Notes: a model not told the origin generated them from the sequence alone. Counted from the whole stretch's first letter, positions 35,579 through 49,727 are shown. The stretch is 53,231 nucleotides of DNA, filler included, from Squatina squatina (GCA_031763465.1; 3 parts of 3 records of this genome joined end to end with filler, not necessarily neighbours in it); one strand, 5' to 3'. Numbers and translations: made by a program.

Positions 35579-35833
35579 GGCCCTGATTTTAACTCCAGAT
35601 GGATGCCCCGCTCAGGCCTGAGTTAAAATTACAGTCGGGTATCAATGATGTCATCGGGCCACAACATGCCTATGTAAAAAGGCCGTCGCCCCGAATCCTT
35701 GCTGCCTGCTCGCGAGAGCAAGTTAAAATTGCAGATGTTGCGATCATGGTGATTTTCCAACAGGTAAGAGTGAGGGCAATTTTAACTGTCCACCCGCCAG
35801 GTTATGCTGAGTGTGTCGGGGTAAAATTGCCCC
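35579..35833. mobile_element. MITE with terminal and internal inverted repeats (Harbinger-like)
   Basis: GGCCCTGATTTTAAC ... GTAAAATTGCCCC ends; internal GTTAAAATT/AATTTTAAC repeats; similar end near 8470-8490. Confidence 0.6.
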
Positions 35834-37286
35834 TAAAATATCTACACAAGAACCCTAAGCCTCTGCCCACCTCGCCAGCACAAATTATGACTCCCATACA
35901 CAGAAAATGTAAGAATAATCTGTGCACAAAAAAGCAACANNNNNNNNNNNNNNNNNNNNNNNNNNNNNNNNNNNNNNNNNNNNNNNNNNNNNNNNNNNNN
36001 NNNNNNNNNNNNNNNNNNNNNNNNNNNNNNNNNNNNNNNTTTGATTTTAAAATTCTCATTTTTGTTTTTAAATCTCTCCATGGCCTCACACCTCCCTGTC
36101 TCTGTAACCTCTGTAACCCCTGTACATACAGGGCCTTAACGCCTGCTCCAGAGCCCTGCTGTGGTATCAGCAGCGGCCCTATCTGTGCACCTTCTTCAGG
36201 GAGGGGTACTCCCGCGACGCTGACCTCACACTAATGAAGGCCAAGGCAAAATATCTGGGGCTCCTTGGACCTCTCCAGTTGTGCGGGAGGAGTGAGGGGA
36301 GCAGGTGCGCACAAAAGTGGGCACTCCTGAATTTCTAGGCCTAGTTTCTCAACCTAGACAATACATGTTGGAGGTCAGGCGGTCAAACAGTGACCAACTC
36401 ACGGTCAGTGGGAGTAAATTCTCCCTGATAGCATAGTTTTCTCTCAGCTCCATCTACGCTGTCACCGCCTGACACTGAAATGATGGATGTACAGAACAAA
36501 AAAAAACCCACAGAAATAGCGATATGTGCTTTGAACACTCAAGCAGTTTTGGACTTGTATAAATATTGGATGAAACCCTCCTGCAATAATAAGCTATGGA
36601 GCCCTAATCACATATTAAACACAGATTAATATTTAATTAAGCGTTGCTATTTTTTTTAGATAGTAATCAAAATAATGCATTATGCAAAATTATAGATGAA
36701 GTAACCCAAAGTCTATTTGATAAAAATGCTAATGATCTCGCAAACTCCTTTCCCTACAGGGAAGACAGAGACCCTAGTTCCCAACAGCAAAACAGCTCTT
36801 CTGCTTGCAACTAAAGCTAATGTAGGTCAGTCACAGAAATGTTGCAACAGTAGTTGACAGCAACAAAAGGCAATAAAAGGTACGCACTCTCAAATCAAAT
36901 GGTGTAGCCAAGTCCCATCAGGTTCAAGTTGTTGGGACAGGATAGAGTTCTGAGTTAACTATTTTAAAACTGCCAAGTTATTTCTACAACAAACATCTCT
37001 AACTTTCTCCCCCCCATTTTCCAGTTTCCTCACCCTCTCTTCTGAACACGGAGGAACATTTATTCTAAGGTGCCAGGAGCCCTCCTGTACATCGCACAAA
37101 AGCCATTTTATCTTTCCGTTATGGGAGAGCATTCTATTTTACTGCTGGCCATGAAATGGTCTTTGGTTCTCCAATACGGCCACCTTATCCTTCTGAATCA
37201 ACAAAGAATCACATGTTAAAAACAAAAAGTTCAATATCTTGAAAGCTGAAAATTGTGTTTTGCCACCAAGGGGAATGAAACTCGAG

Positions 37287-37660
37287 CATAGGAGAGTAAG
37301 AGCAGGAGTCAGTCATTCAGCCCCTCGAGCCTGTTCCACCACTCATTGAGATCATGGCTGATCTATACCTCAGCTCCATTACTTACCCTATATCCCTTGA
37401 TACCCTTACACAACAAAAATCTAGCGATCTCAGTCTTGAATATTTCATTTGACCCAGTACCTACAGTCTTTTGGGGGAAAAGGTTCCAAATTTCACTACC
37501 TTTTGTGTGAGAAAAGCTTCCTGTGAAATATTCCTGATTTCACTCCTAAATGGCCGAGGTCTAATTTTAAGATTATGCCCATTTGTTCTGGATTCCCCAT
37601 CAGAGGAAATAATTTCTTTGTGTCTATCAAATCCCTTTATCATTTCAAGGACCTCGATTT
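37287..37660 (-). mobile_element. CR1 LINE 3' end
   Basis: Minus ORF MIKGFDR...GESRTNGHNLKIR.RPFRSEIR...FLTQKVV plus 3' UTR stem-loop. Confidence 0.85.
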
Positions 37661-40600
37661 TATCGCCCCTCTTCCTTCACCCTGTAATTTCCTCACCCCT
37701 CCACTTTCCTCATCCGTTCCCTCCTTCCTTGCTTGTCCTGCAACCTGATCCAATTATCCCCCTGCCCTCTAGTCCCACTTGACCTGAAGACCGCACTTGG
37801 CCTTGACTACTTATGGGCAACACCACAGGAAATTTGTTCGCTATATATGACTATAGTGATTAAAGAGGTCATAGGTGCATTACTGATTAGTCCTATGAAT
37901 TGTGTGTCTCTTTTCAGTTGAGCTTAGAATACCTTACCGTTAAAATTGGTTTTGCTTGCTGTATAACACTGAATCCCACAGTAATGTTTGATGACTAAAT
38001 ATTTAGCTTTGCCTTCCCATAGTTATTATGGTAATGAACTGTCTCCTCATTGCAATTTATAGTTGATTGAGAATTAGAGCTTCCCTCTTTTCATTGGCTT
38101 AGTTGTTATATGGCAAATCTAACCTGCATTTTGTGCCACAAACTGAATCCAAAAAAAAACAGTAAGAGGAATTTTTTCCCCGTTTAATAATTCACAGTTA
38201 CACCCTGAACAGCAATTTCTAGGCTATAGTCTTGGAATTTATGGAACTGTGACATTTCCATTTAGATTACAGCCTAACACTTTATGTAAATCAGAATCTA
38301 CCAATAGCATAGGAGAGGATCTCTTCAACAGGATCTCTCTTGAAACATCAGCACAGCTATGCAGATCCTGGAGGATGCAATGCTGTAAACCTCAGGGGGT
38401 AGGTCACAGAGAATGAGTTGGAGGACCAAGTGGTGGCGGCAGAGGAAGAGGAGGAACCTGCTGCCTGGAANNNNNNNNNNNNNNNNNNNNNNNNNNNNNN
38501 NNNNNNNNNNNNNNNNNNNNNNNNNNNNNNNNNNNNNNNNNNNNNNNNNNNNNNNNNNNNNNNNNNNNNNCATGGGATCGACTAGTTTTATTGCTCTTCT
38601 CTGTATCTTCTCCAATGTTTTTTGTGGCGTGGTGACCAGAATGAAACACAGTACTCGAAATGTGTTCTGACCAATGCACTGAAAAGTTCCAACATAGCAT
38701 CTGGATTCATCTATTCTACTGTTCTGGCTGTGTACCTCAACATTCTGTTTGATTTGTAAATTAGATGAGTGCAGTTTAAAGTGTTCAATTCATTCCTGTA
38801 TACACTAGGGGCTATGCTGGTTAGTTGAATATAATCAATGGTTTCTGGTTAATGTGTGAAATCTAGGTTGTCTCCTAATCAAACCTGACAATATATACGT
38901 AGTGCAGCACAATACGTAAATACTCATTCAGAGCTTGGTCTAGCAATCATGCAGATAATGCTTCAAAAGCAAAGTGCTGAGATATTTTTACGTCCAGCTA
39001 ATCAGATGTCGAGTCTGTTCCATCTGTCATTAACAAGTTGCCAGACACGATACTTAGCAAACTATTAAACTGTCAGTTCCACAGTGCTTTACTGCATCTG
39101 AAGGCACACAGCATAAATCATGGCTTAAATATTAAAATTGCTTGGTGTTGGTTGGTCCAAATGGGGCTTTGCTTAACCATGGAAGTGTACCAATTAATCA
39201 ATAATATGACAACACACTACATGCATGGTTACAAATGGGCTTGAACAGAGACACAAGGACTGAATGAAACCAAATAAACTATGTAGATACTAAATCAACA
39301 AAGAGGTTTCTGCCACTCTGCAAAGATTATGCAGGCTGGCTAATTTGATGCACGGTTCACACCACCACATTGAACACAAACTAAGGAAGGTCCATATACA
39401 ACCAGAATTGAGACACCACTTGTCAACCTAGCACCACAGCCAGGTTCAAACGTATTATATGGCATGCATACATACTCATTGACACACACACGCTCAGAAA
39501 CACTTATGTAATGCATTAAAAACTAAACTTACTGCAGAATATAGCTGCACTATTGAGGCAGACCATCACTCCATAATGGCAATAAAGATTCGGAGTGAGT
39601 ATTGAGACCATGGTGTCAGCCAATCAGTTGGAGGCGGGGCGCAACTTACGGCAAGACTTAAAATGAAAAGAGTCTAATTACTCTGCAAACAAAAACAGAA
39701 GCCGGAATCTTCCCAGCCCTGCAGGTGCGGGTTTGGAGGTGTGCCCACTGTCAAAATGGCCTTGATTAACAGCGGGTCAGGATCCCACGCTGAACCCACC
39801 TCCATGTCAGTTTCTCAGCTATTGGGTTTGCCGGTCAATCGCAGATCCGACAANNNNNNNNNNNNNNNNNNNNNNNNNNNNNNNNNNNNNNNNNNNNNNN
39901 NNNNNNNNNNNNNNNNNNNNNNNNNNNNNNNNNNNNNNNNNNNNNNNNNNNNNGCCCAGGTTGCCAATCCTCAGTGTCAGCTCAGTTACCTCCCTCTCCA
40001 GTCATTTTCTCTGTGGTATAGCGAACAGAATTGTATACACTACTCTCGGTGGGACTGAACCAAAGATCTAAGCAAGTGCTGCCAAAGGAAAAATGATGCT
40101 AATGGCAGTTCCTGAAAGGAATGGCTATGAAACCAAAACTCCCTGTGTTAACTTCGTACCCTAGCACAGGCTTAAAGATAAAGCTTTCGGAGAACAGGAC
40201 AGTACTCTGACAAATTGCTCTTTACGGAGCCAAACAGCATCTCATTAACAGCCTCCTTGCAAAAATCTGAATAAATTGCAAGTAGTGTTGTTTCTTCTCA
40301 GGTCTCACCTCTTCTCACTGCATTTTTAAAAGCTCCTGACACATTCCAGCAGTTTGCCAATCTGCGATATGCCACTGTATAGCATTTAGCAGGCCTTGAT
40401 TGTATTTAGCAGAATAGTTTGTACCTTGTCATACCTCCATTAGCTCTATCTTTAATTATAGGTGTGTGAACAAATGGATCCAACAGAGAAAGGCCAATTG
40501 GTGTGTCCCCTACTGGCAGTAATATTTTGAGATGTCACTTTGGGTACAATCCTCCGACAGGCTCCTCAGGAACAGCCTCCCTACCATTCCAACCTACACA

Positions 40601-40768
40601 CTGACTGAATCTCGAGAACTGTCAGAGCGATTTGTGTGAAATGTCTCTGCCTCCAGGAAGGTTTGTCTTATACAATGCCCATCTCTGTCTCTCAGTCTTA
40701 ACTCCTGCTCATATAAATGGAATAAATACCTACAATATTTCAACTACAGAAATTACATTTAAGGAACA

Positions 40769-41326
40769 GGGCGGAATTGGCTATCGCCCCGGTTGGGGGT
40801 GGTAACCTCTCCAGGGCCGGACATTCTGCGCCTGGTGCAGAAGTCCCGTCCATGAAACAAAATTGGGGTTCCCGCCCCTCACCGAAAGTAGAGCGCAATG
40901 TCGCACGCTCCACTTACTGTTGGGACAGTATCCGGGGAGCTGCTCGGGTGGGATCAGCAGTGCTACATGGCTTCTCTGCGTAGCGCTGACGCATTTCAAC
41001 ACCCCTCCACTTCCAGTAAAGGGGAGGGTCACTACACACTCTGCTGGACCATCAGCCCGGCACCCAGACGGAGTGCCTCGCTGCATGGTGGCAGCACGGA
41101 CTATGCCACGGAGCAACAAGACAGGCCTACTGGTGAGTCGGCCAAAATGACAAAATGGCGGGGCAGCGTAGCTCCGCTTTAACTTCCGGCCCGGGGCGGA
41201 AAGGGATAATCGCGCACGGCGATGACGTCATCGTCGGTTGGGTTGCGGCCCGGGGTGCTACAAGCCGGACTTGTCAGTTCCTCCGTTAACTTCCTTGCAA
41301 TTTTGTGGGAGTCGGTAGCACCCCCC
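40769..41326. mobile_element. GC-rich non-autonomous DNA transposon (Harbinger-like), partial
   Basis: Abrupt AT-to-GC transition at TIR-like GGGCGGAATTGG; CpG-rich with no credible ORF. Confidence 0.5.
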
Positions 41327-43373
41327 NNNNNNNNNNNNNNNNNNNNNNNNNNNNNNNNNNNNNNNNNNNNNNNNNNNNNNNNNNNNNNNNNNNNNNNNNN
41401 NNNNNNNNNNNNNNNNNNNNNNNNNNGTGGTGGGTTTTTCCAAGTCTTTGTGAATGGGAAGGTCAATGTTGCTCATATATTTTTCCATCTCATGGAGCAT
41501 GGTGGTGCATGGCGAATGGCAGGTGGGCAATGTGGGACAGCATTGGGACCCAGAACTTTATACAACCGTAACATAACTTCCACCCCTTTATATTCCACTG
41601 TGGAGTTCATCCCAAGATATTGAAAAGATAAGGATGAGAACAAATAGCTTCAAAATTTAAGTAGAAGTGGCCCATCGACGTAACATTGAAAAGTACTGCA
41701 TTTTCTAATTGCCGCATGAGATAGAAATTTTCATTCAATTGACTTAAAAATAGATGATAATAAGATGGGATGGGAGGAATTGATCAATATGATTGTTCCA
41801 TCTGAGTACTGAGCGTCATCGGGTCATATGCCATCGAGTCGATATATGGAGGGTTCTGATTGGTGTGCTCATGAAGGCAATAGACATCAGCATTGAGGAA
41901 TGGAATACACTCCCACTCTTTGTGCCCAGATCCAGTTTCAAGCACATCAAGGTACAGTATGAGCACGGGCTACATGCTGAGTAAAACTCCATCACCTCTC
42001 ATTCTTCTATCTTCTATAGGTTAGCAAGGAAAGAACACTGCTGACATAAAGAGGGACTTTTTACGAGGGGGACAAAAGACAAACAAATCTATTCGAGGCT
42101 TGTTAACAAAAAGAGGCGCACTTGACTTTAAAACCTTATGAGATAACGGTAAAATAGCGGCACAGAAGGACTTTAACATCGTATCAATTATCACAAATTT
42201 GAAACGCGTCAAAGATATTCAGCAAAATCATTTTAGTCATCTGTACCAGCTAGGCACAGTTCATAAAGCAAATGAATTGTTCTTCAGTGCAAACAAGCAA
42301 ATAATTATGCAAGCCTTAGAGAATTCTATCAATGTACTCTCTATTCAAGGAGTTACACACTGAGCACATTTTAACGTATCGACCCTCTATTGATCAACAA
42401 GAGGGGTGGCTTTTTTTTTGCATTCTGTTAGGGAGCAGTTCAGCATTTCTGTGAATTTGCAAGCGTGATGGAGCGNNNNNNNNNNNNNNNNNNNNNNNNN
42501 NNNNNNNNNNNNNNNNNNNNNNNNNNNNNNNNNNNNNNNNNNNNNNNNNNNNNNNNNNNNNNNNNNNNNNNNNNNTACAGCTCAGTGTGCCGTTAGTTCA
42601 ATTATAAGTACACTATGCTATTGTGCACATAGATTCCAGACAATTAAATAATGTCCACTGGGACCTCACTGAGACTTTCTGTCACCAACCCTTTACAATT
42701 GCTTATTCCTGATGTGCCCAACATATTTGTTTAACTTTCAGCAGGATCAAGAATTAATAACCACGGACATCATTGTGCCCCTGTGCTACATCAAAAATCT
42801 TACATATCGTAAATACTTTTAACCGTAAAATGTTTCAGGTTTCTGTGAAGCTCATGATGGTCCTGTATCTCTTTTATGTTATTCAAATGCATTTGGAAAA
42901 TGCTGGCTGTGGAAAGGGTGACATCAAAACAGCACCCACTACACATCTCTCCCCATTTTTATTTCCATTGACGTCGATAGAAATAAAAATCACGAGAGAT
43001 ATAAAGCAGATTGCCGACCCGCTACCACCTGTTCTACACAAAGTCAAGATCTATCGCTTTATCTCTCTTTGCTTCTCTTCAATGATTTTTCACAAATGAT
43101 TTATTTCCTTTCGCTCTTTCGCATTCCCCCTCTCCTCCGCACCCACTTCTCGCTGCTTCTCTTCTCTGTCTCTCTTTGCCTCTCACCTCTGTTCTTTATT
43201 TCCCTTATCAACTGCACTATGTCATTCCTGAACCTGTGCTTTGTTGAGATGTCTGACAATCCCCATTTATGTTNNNNNNNNNNNNNNNNNNNNNNNNNNN
43301 NNNNNNNNNNNNNNNNNNNNNNNNNNNNNNNNNNNNNNNNNNNNNNNNNNNNNNNNNNNNNNNNNNNNNNNNN

Positions 43374-43825
43374 CCAGAGCTGATGGCCTAGATAGCTGAA
43401 GGCACGGCCACCAATGATTGAGTGATTAAAATTGAGGATATGCAAGAGGCCAGAACTGGAGGAGCGCAGAGTTCTCGAAGGGTTAAAGGGCTGGAGGAAG
43501 TTACAGAGATAGAATGGGGCGAGGCCATTGAAGGATTTTAACACAAGGATGAGAATTTTAAAATCTAGGCAGTGGTGGACCAGGAGCCAATGTAGGTCAG
43601 TGAGCACAGGAATGATGGCTGAATGGGACTTGGTGTAAGTTAAGATATAGTTAGCAGAGTTTTTGATGAACTCACGTTTACAGAGGTGCAAGGTAGGCCA
43701 CCGGCCAGGAGAGCATTGGAGTAGTCGAATCTAATGGTATCAAAGGCATGGATGAGGGTTTCAGCAGCAGACGAGCTGTGGTAGGGGCAGAGACGGGTGA
43801 TGTTACAGGGGTGGAAGTAGGCCAC
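43374..43825 (-). mobile_element. L2 LINE ORF2 C-terminal fragment
   Basis: AAETLIHAF...FDYSNALLAG, IIPVLTDLHWL.V...DFKILILV.KS.NGLAP.YL, PSRTLRSS, GGRAFSY motifs; smaller pieces at 36040-36110 and 15615-15760. Confidence 0.9.
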
Positions 43826-43997
43826 CAGGCCAGACCATACAAATCAGGAGAGTCTTAGGTTTTGAACCTTGGCTTGTGTTGACTAAGCTGATTTCGACTA
43901 GAGGGACTCAGCGGCCCTGGCTTGGGATGGAATAAAGTTGGCCAGGGATCCTGCTCCTGTGCCCATCCAGGAAAATAGATTGGTGAACTAAGTATTA

Positions 43998-44541
43998 GGG
44001 GATCCCAATTGGTCTGACCTCACGTCTGCGTTGCGCCGAATAGTGGCACAATGCGTGCGTAAAATCAGCGTTGAGGCCTAAAAATGGAAAATGAATTATT
44101 GGGCCTCACGCGCTGGTGGCGTAAATGCCCCACCGCTCCCCCACCCTCCTCAAGCACCATTGGCGCAGGCTACAACAGGTTTCCCCTTGCCGGCATACTC
44201 TCTAGCATGCTGGCACTCTCAGAAAAATTTTCAAACTTACCCGATGGCCCAGTGGGCCATCGGTCCACCTCTGTGCAAAAATCCTGCGGCCCTTGTCCTG
44301 TGACTCGTGCATGAGCAGTGCTGGCAGCATGGCTTATGCCACGCTGCTGGTGTAACCAGGAAGTGAAGGGGCTTTGGCCAGGTCAGCACTGTGGCAATGC
44401 TGATTTTGTGTGCTACACTCGCCCGAAAGGCTTGGATGAGGCCAAGGCTGCGACGCAGTGCCCCGCTGTTAGTGGGGTGCACTCCGGGCTGAGCAACCCG
44501 AATGCTGTGGCCCTTTTGGACGCATCCCAATTGGGGCCCCC
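43998..44541. mobile_element. Complete PIF/Harbinger-type MITE
   Basis: 15-bp TIRs GGGGATCCCAATTGG / CCAATTGGGGCCCCC (13/15 match), flanked by TTA and TAA (TWA target); same family as 1-207. Confidence 0.8.
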
Positions 44542-45689
44542 TAATAATCTGTTTTGAAGTGATGTTCATTGAGGATAAATATTAGCCAGGGCACCGGAGA
44601 GAACTCTCCTGCTCTTCTTCATTATTGACTTTGGTATGTTTGATATTGTCACTGGGAGCCCAAAATGGGAAAAAGAAATGTTTCCCCTGTTGTAGAGGTG
44701 TGGAACTGAGAAGGAGTGCTAGGCACAACCAAATAGAAATGTTCCTACTGGTTACCCTGGAAACTGCACCTCTTTGAACAGATTCAGTCAGGGATGTCAC
44801 GCAGTCCCCTTTATATTTGGAATAAGTTTCCAGTGTTTGCACATTGAAGTTCTCTCAATTCCACCAGAAGGGATCATCAAGGCTAAAGGATTACTATTGC
44901 GACATAAACTGAAACTGATCTGATCGGTTGAAACAAACATTCAGTTTAAAGTTCCTTAATCCCCCTCAAAAAGGTTCCTGTACTTGGCAAGAGAGATTTG
45001 ATTGTAGCATGATCTGAACAAAGAACAGCCTTTTTTGGAACCAGTTGGAAATCCTCGATTCCTGGCTCTTTAAAAGATGTGATGCATTAAGCTTGGGCTT
45101 GCTCACAAAGCATTCATTATCTACATGGGATTACTTCATGGTGATGAAGGGAAAGCACTTCTTGCAGCCTGACATCACCCTTTCCGTTCAAGCTACTGAC
45201 CCATATGGTTTGCATAAAATCCATAGACTGGATTAAACAAGCCTCCTGCTGTAACATTCTGATTGCTATTCACTCAGGTACAATTATCAAACTGATAATT
45301 TAGCAACCCATTTCTCTCCTTTCCCCTCAATGTTTCGCCTCCATTAAATTAAATTTAACTTTATCAGATCCAGCTTTTAGTTGCATGTTTGTTGTCGGCA
45401 TTTGTGAATTGAAATCTAAACTCTAAAGCCATCTGGAGGTAATAAAAATCAAACTGCTTCACTGTTGCCTTGCAGAGTTGTAATGGAAATGACAAAGGCC
45501 AGATGTCAAGTGTAGAAGTAATACGAGACACCCTGGTATGCACGCAGCCATAGTTTGTTGAGTCTTTCTTAAAGCCTAACTTTACAGCAATTTCAGCTTT
45601 ATAGCCCAGAAATTACTGGTGATATTAGCCTACAAAAATGTAATACATTTAGATGATTTCCTTTATCCACTAGTTTAACAGAAGTGCTA

Positions 45690-45895
45690 AAAGAAAAGGA
45701 AAGGACTTGCATTTAAACAGCGCCTTTCACGACCTTAAGGCGTCCCTAAGTCCTTTACAGCCAATGAAGTACTTTTGAAGTGTAGTCACTGTTGTAATGT
45801 AGGAAACGCAGCAACCAATTTGCAGACAAGGTCCCACAAACAGCAATGTGCTGATGAACAGGTAATCTGCCAGCCTGGATTTTGTGCTCAAGCCT
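45690..45895 (-). mobile_element. Deu-domain SINE 3' part
   Basis: GACTTGCATTTAAACAGCGCCTTTCACGACC...TTTACAGCCAATGAAGTACTTTTGAAGTGTAGTCACTGTTGTAATGTAGGAAAC. Confidence 0.85.
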
Positions 45896-46744
45896 NNNNN
45901 NNNNNNNNNNNNNNNNNNNNNNNNNNNNNNNNNNNNNNNNNNNNNNNNNNNNNNNNNNNNNNNNNNNNNNNNNNNNNNNNNNNNNNNNNNNNNNNTGACC
46001 AGGAAGGCAAATGCTAGCCCAGAAAAGTGGCACTTCCAGCAATCTACAACTTTTAAAAAGGCTGCTACATTGCAGGTTTATACCATGTAGAAGTAGTTTT
46101 CCATTGATCGTGTGATATGGCAAATGCTGCTGTAGGAAGGACTCTCCATGTTCTGTATTTTCTGATCATTGCTCTCTACTGGCAGATACAATGCTGGGGA
46201 AGTATCCATTTGTCCTGATTTATAAATGGTAGCTCAAAATTGCCTTTTTGTCCCTCAAGTTGTCTTTACCTTGAGTTAAGTTTCTTGCAAACTGATATCA
46301 CTATCCTTCTTAATTCAATACATTCCTGTGCTTATAAACATGGTTACTTTTATTTGCTCTAATATTGAAATGAAGCATTGACTGTGTGCATTTCTGGTAC
46401 ACCCACCTTGTCTTTAGCAAAAAAGGATGGGGCCCCAATTAGCGGCACTACCTTTTGAGACATCCCAACTAACAACCGATAGAATACACAGCCCCAGGTG
46501 CAGCTGGCAGAGTGGTGAATCGGGCAAAGCTACATCTAAACAAATAACTTCGGCAACGTGAAGGGACCATCCTAACCGCTGTGGAGCTGGATTTCAAACA
46601 GAAACCTAAAAAAATATATACTAACCATTTATAAAAGAATGTCATTTAATACATAATTTTTACATATCTGCATTATCTGCTTTGGGCAGATCTTTACAAA
46701 ACAATTCCAGATCCGTAAATATGATGAAGTATTTAGATTAAATT

Positions 46745-47090
46745 TATTTTGAGCGGAGAAGGTTAAGGGGAGATTTCATAGAGGTGTCAGAATTATGAAG
46801 GGGTTTGATGAGTAGATAGGGAGAAACTGTTTCCATTAGTAAGAGGGTCGGTAAGCGGAGGGGAGATGAAAATTATTTTCCGCAACAAGTTGTTGTGATC
46901 TGGAATGCACTGCCTGAAAGGGTGCTGGAAGCAGATTCAATGATAACATTCAAAAGGGAAGTGGATAAATACTTAAAAAGGAAATATTTGCAGTACCATG
47001 GGGTAAGAGCTGGGGGAGTAATCGGATAGCTCTTTCAAAGTGCCAGCACAGGCCTGGTGGGCCGAATGGCCTCCTTCTATGCTTATGATT
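46745..47090 (+). mobile_element. CR1 LINE 3' end
   Basis: ERRRLRGDFIEV..IMKGFD...VIWNALPERVLEA...FK..VDKYL and the GGGCCGAATGGCCTCCTTCT tail. Confidence 0.88.
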
Positions 47091-47918
47091 TAATTATTTT
47101 TCCACAATTCTGAGGCTTGCCTGCTGTAGTGTTCAATAATTTCTATTTCTTATTAAGATCCCCTTCTATATTAACGGCAGAATCTTATCAATGAAAAGGG
47201 ATGACAGAGTACTTTAGGCTTTTGAATCCAGCGCATGATGTCAACAGTAGGAGCTTGCCACCTTTTTTAGCTTTTGGAAAGGAGCTACCGACTTATAACC
47301 ACATGGAAAAATGTTCTACTACTACACTGGCTGTTGGCAACCGACCTGGAAAAATAACAGAAAAGAAAAAAGGGCTTTCTGGATTATTTTTAGTGTGGGT
47401 CCTAATGGGCGTTCTGCACGTCCACTCCCTTTCTTTCTCTCACACACACTGTAGTTGCGATCTCTTGTCTGCCACACATAGAGTAACACATTCCCACACA
47501 CGGGTCATTACTACACATCATTCTAACGTCGAGACCCCCTCTGCCATGACCCTATTCTAGGAGGAGCAAACAGCCAGAGGCACGTCAAAGCAAAAAAATG
47601 ATAGACATGCCAGCTATCCCTCTGCTCAGCTCCTTTTCGCTGCACATACAAGGCTTGTGACAGCAGTGTGGAGAAAATGCCGTTACATTACAGTTGAAGC
47701 AGGCATTGGTCCAGTGACTGAAATGAGTCTTTACAGTACATCTTANNNNNNNNNNNNNNNNNNNNNNNNNNNNNNNNNNNNNNNNNNNNNNNNNNNNNNA
47801 GAGAGAGCTCTTACCCCCCCTTCCCAACCCCCACCCCCACCTCCCCTGTCTTCAATTTACCTGACTGCTATAGCTACGCTCTGTTTTGTGACTACACTGT
47901 TCTGTATCCCTCTTCTAG

Positions 47919-47964
47919 GATGGCAGAGGCTGAACTGCAGAAGCAAAGACTGCAAGCCATAGCA
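47919..47964 (+). CDS. PALM2: Paralemmin-2 N-terminal exon (MAEAELQKQRLQAIA)
   Basis: ttctag|G ATG at 47920 ... |gtaagt; matches PALM2 MAEAELHKERLQAIA. Confidence 0.9.
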
Positions 47965-49727
47965 GTAAGTCAATTCTCTTTTTCTCCTTTCTAGCAGATT
48001 TGTAACTTTTCAGTTCATTCAGCCCATGTGTCATGTGCCTACCTTTTAAGGAGACAGAGCTGGAAGGAGGCAGGTCATTAAAAGAAGCCGGCTGGGGCCT
48101 GAGTCGGCCTGTACTCANNNNNNNNNNTAAAGTGTGCTCTTGTCTGGTGTGTTTTAGTAGAAGCAGGTCGTGACATTTTCGGGTGTTGCTGTTGACTGTG
48201 TCTGTGTAGTTACTGTTTTATTTATTAATATTCTTTACTCTGAGGTAAACAGACACTTTTTTTTAAAGAAAAAAACCGTTAAAATCTGAGGAAACTCCTG
48301 TCACCGTTAAAAGAAAGACTCCAGCAAGGAAGCAAATCCTGAGCTGTATTGTTGTGTGTGATTAAAAGCAGAACGACATTTTCAAACAGCACTTAACCTT
48401 CTGAGTGCAGATCTTTAAACAACTTCAGACTTAGCTGTGGGGTTTAACCCGTTGAGGGCATATCAGCAGCTTTTACTGCATTAATGACTTGTCGCAGAAA
48501 ATCAGCAATAAGCATATCAGGATTCCTTCATCAGTTCCTAATGCCAGAGACTGCAAAATGTTCNNNNNNNNNNTCTTTAACCCTTTGATCATGGAAAAGT
48601 CTGGCGATGTTGAAAGCCTGACAGTTTTGTTTTATTGATATCTACAAATTTGATTTTTGTTTCTACTGCACATATTCAAATGTGGTTGTTATCATTTAAA
48701 ACATAATTATCAAAGATATTTCATAGTTCACTGCATTCTCAGTGCAAATTAAACTGCTGTTAAAATCCTCATGCAGTAATTCTACTGCTGACTGCAAGGG
48801 GCCAATGTTCTCTAAACATGCACTTTTGTTACAGTTTTGGACTCTTTCTTACTTCAGTGTTTAAAGCGTTCTTTTTGTTTNNNNNNNNNNNNNNNNNNNN
48901 NNNNNNNNNNNNNNNNNNNNNNNNNNNNNNNNNNNNNNNNNNNNNNNNNNNNNNNNNNNNNNNNNNNNNNNNNNNNNNNNNNNNNNNNNNNNNNNNNNNN
49001 NNNNNNNNNNNNNNNNNNNNNNNNNNNNNNNNNNNNNNNNNNNNNNNNNNNNNNNNNNNNNNNNNNNNNNNNNNNNNNNNNNNNNNNNNNNNNNNNNNNN
49101 NNNNNNNNNNNNNNNNNNNNNNNNNNNNNNNNNNNNNNNNNNNNNNNNNNNNNNNNNNNNNNNNNNNNNNNNNNNNNNNNNNNNNNNNNNNNNNNNNNNN
49201 NNNNNNNNNNNNNNNNNNNNNNNNNNNNNNNNNNNNNNNNNNNNNNNNNNNNNNNNNNNNNNNNNNNNNNNNNNNNNNNNNNNNNNNNNNNNNNNNNNNN
49301 NNNNNNNNNNNNNNNTGTTTGGCTAAAATCTGAAAGATACTGATTTTGTTTCCCTTCATCCGAGCTCTCATTGTGAGTCTGTAGTACGCCTGAAGTTTTT
49401 AAGGTGTTGGCTTGATAAATGTTTTGAAGTAAAAGATCTACGCTTCCCGTCCAAAATGACAGACCTTGCTGGTGACAAAAGGAACTGTCAGTCGTGACTG
49501 TCTCCATGTACCATTGAGGAGAGGTACTGAGAGAATAGAAACAGAATGAGCTGGAGTTAGCTCTATAAGTTAGAAATTGGGTACTGGCGGTTTCTCTTTC
49601 ACCCTTTCACCAGAACATAGAACAGCTTGATTTTGATTTCCATTCCGAGGTGTTTACACAGATGATTTTAATTAAAAGTGCAGCTACTTTGCTTGGCTCA
49701 TTAATCTCGTTCCAGTGAGATCGGTTA

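Noticed and set aside
40769-41326. CpG-rich block as the PLPPR1 promoter island
   Set aside because: Sharp TIR-like boundary and resemblance to other GC-rich MITEs favour a transposon
41784-41984. Overlapping 60-aa ORFs as a PLPPR3/4 remnant
   Set aside because: No PLPPR motifs and no convincing splice acceptor
44751-44765. RFX X-box-like GGTTACCCTGGAAAC (also GTTGCCATAGTTAC near 19156)
   Set aside because: Isolated motifs with no supporting promoter context
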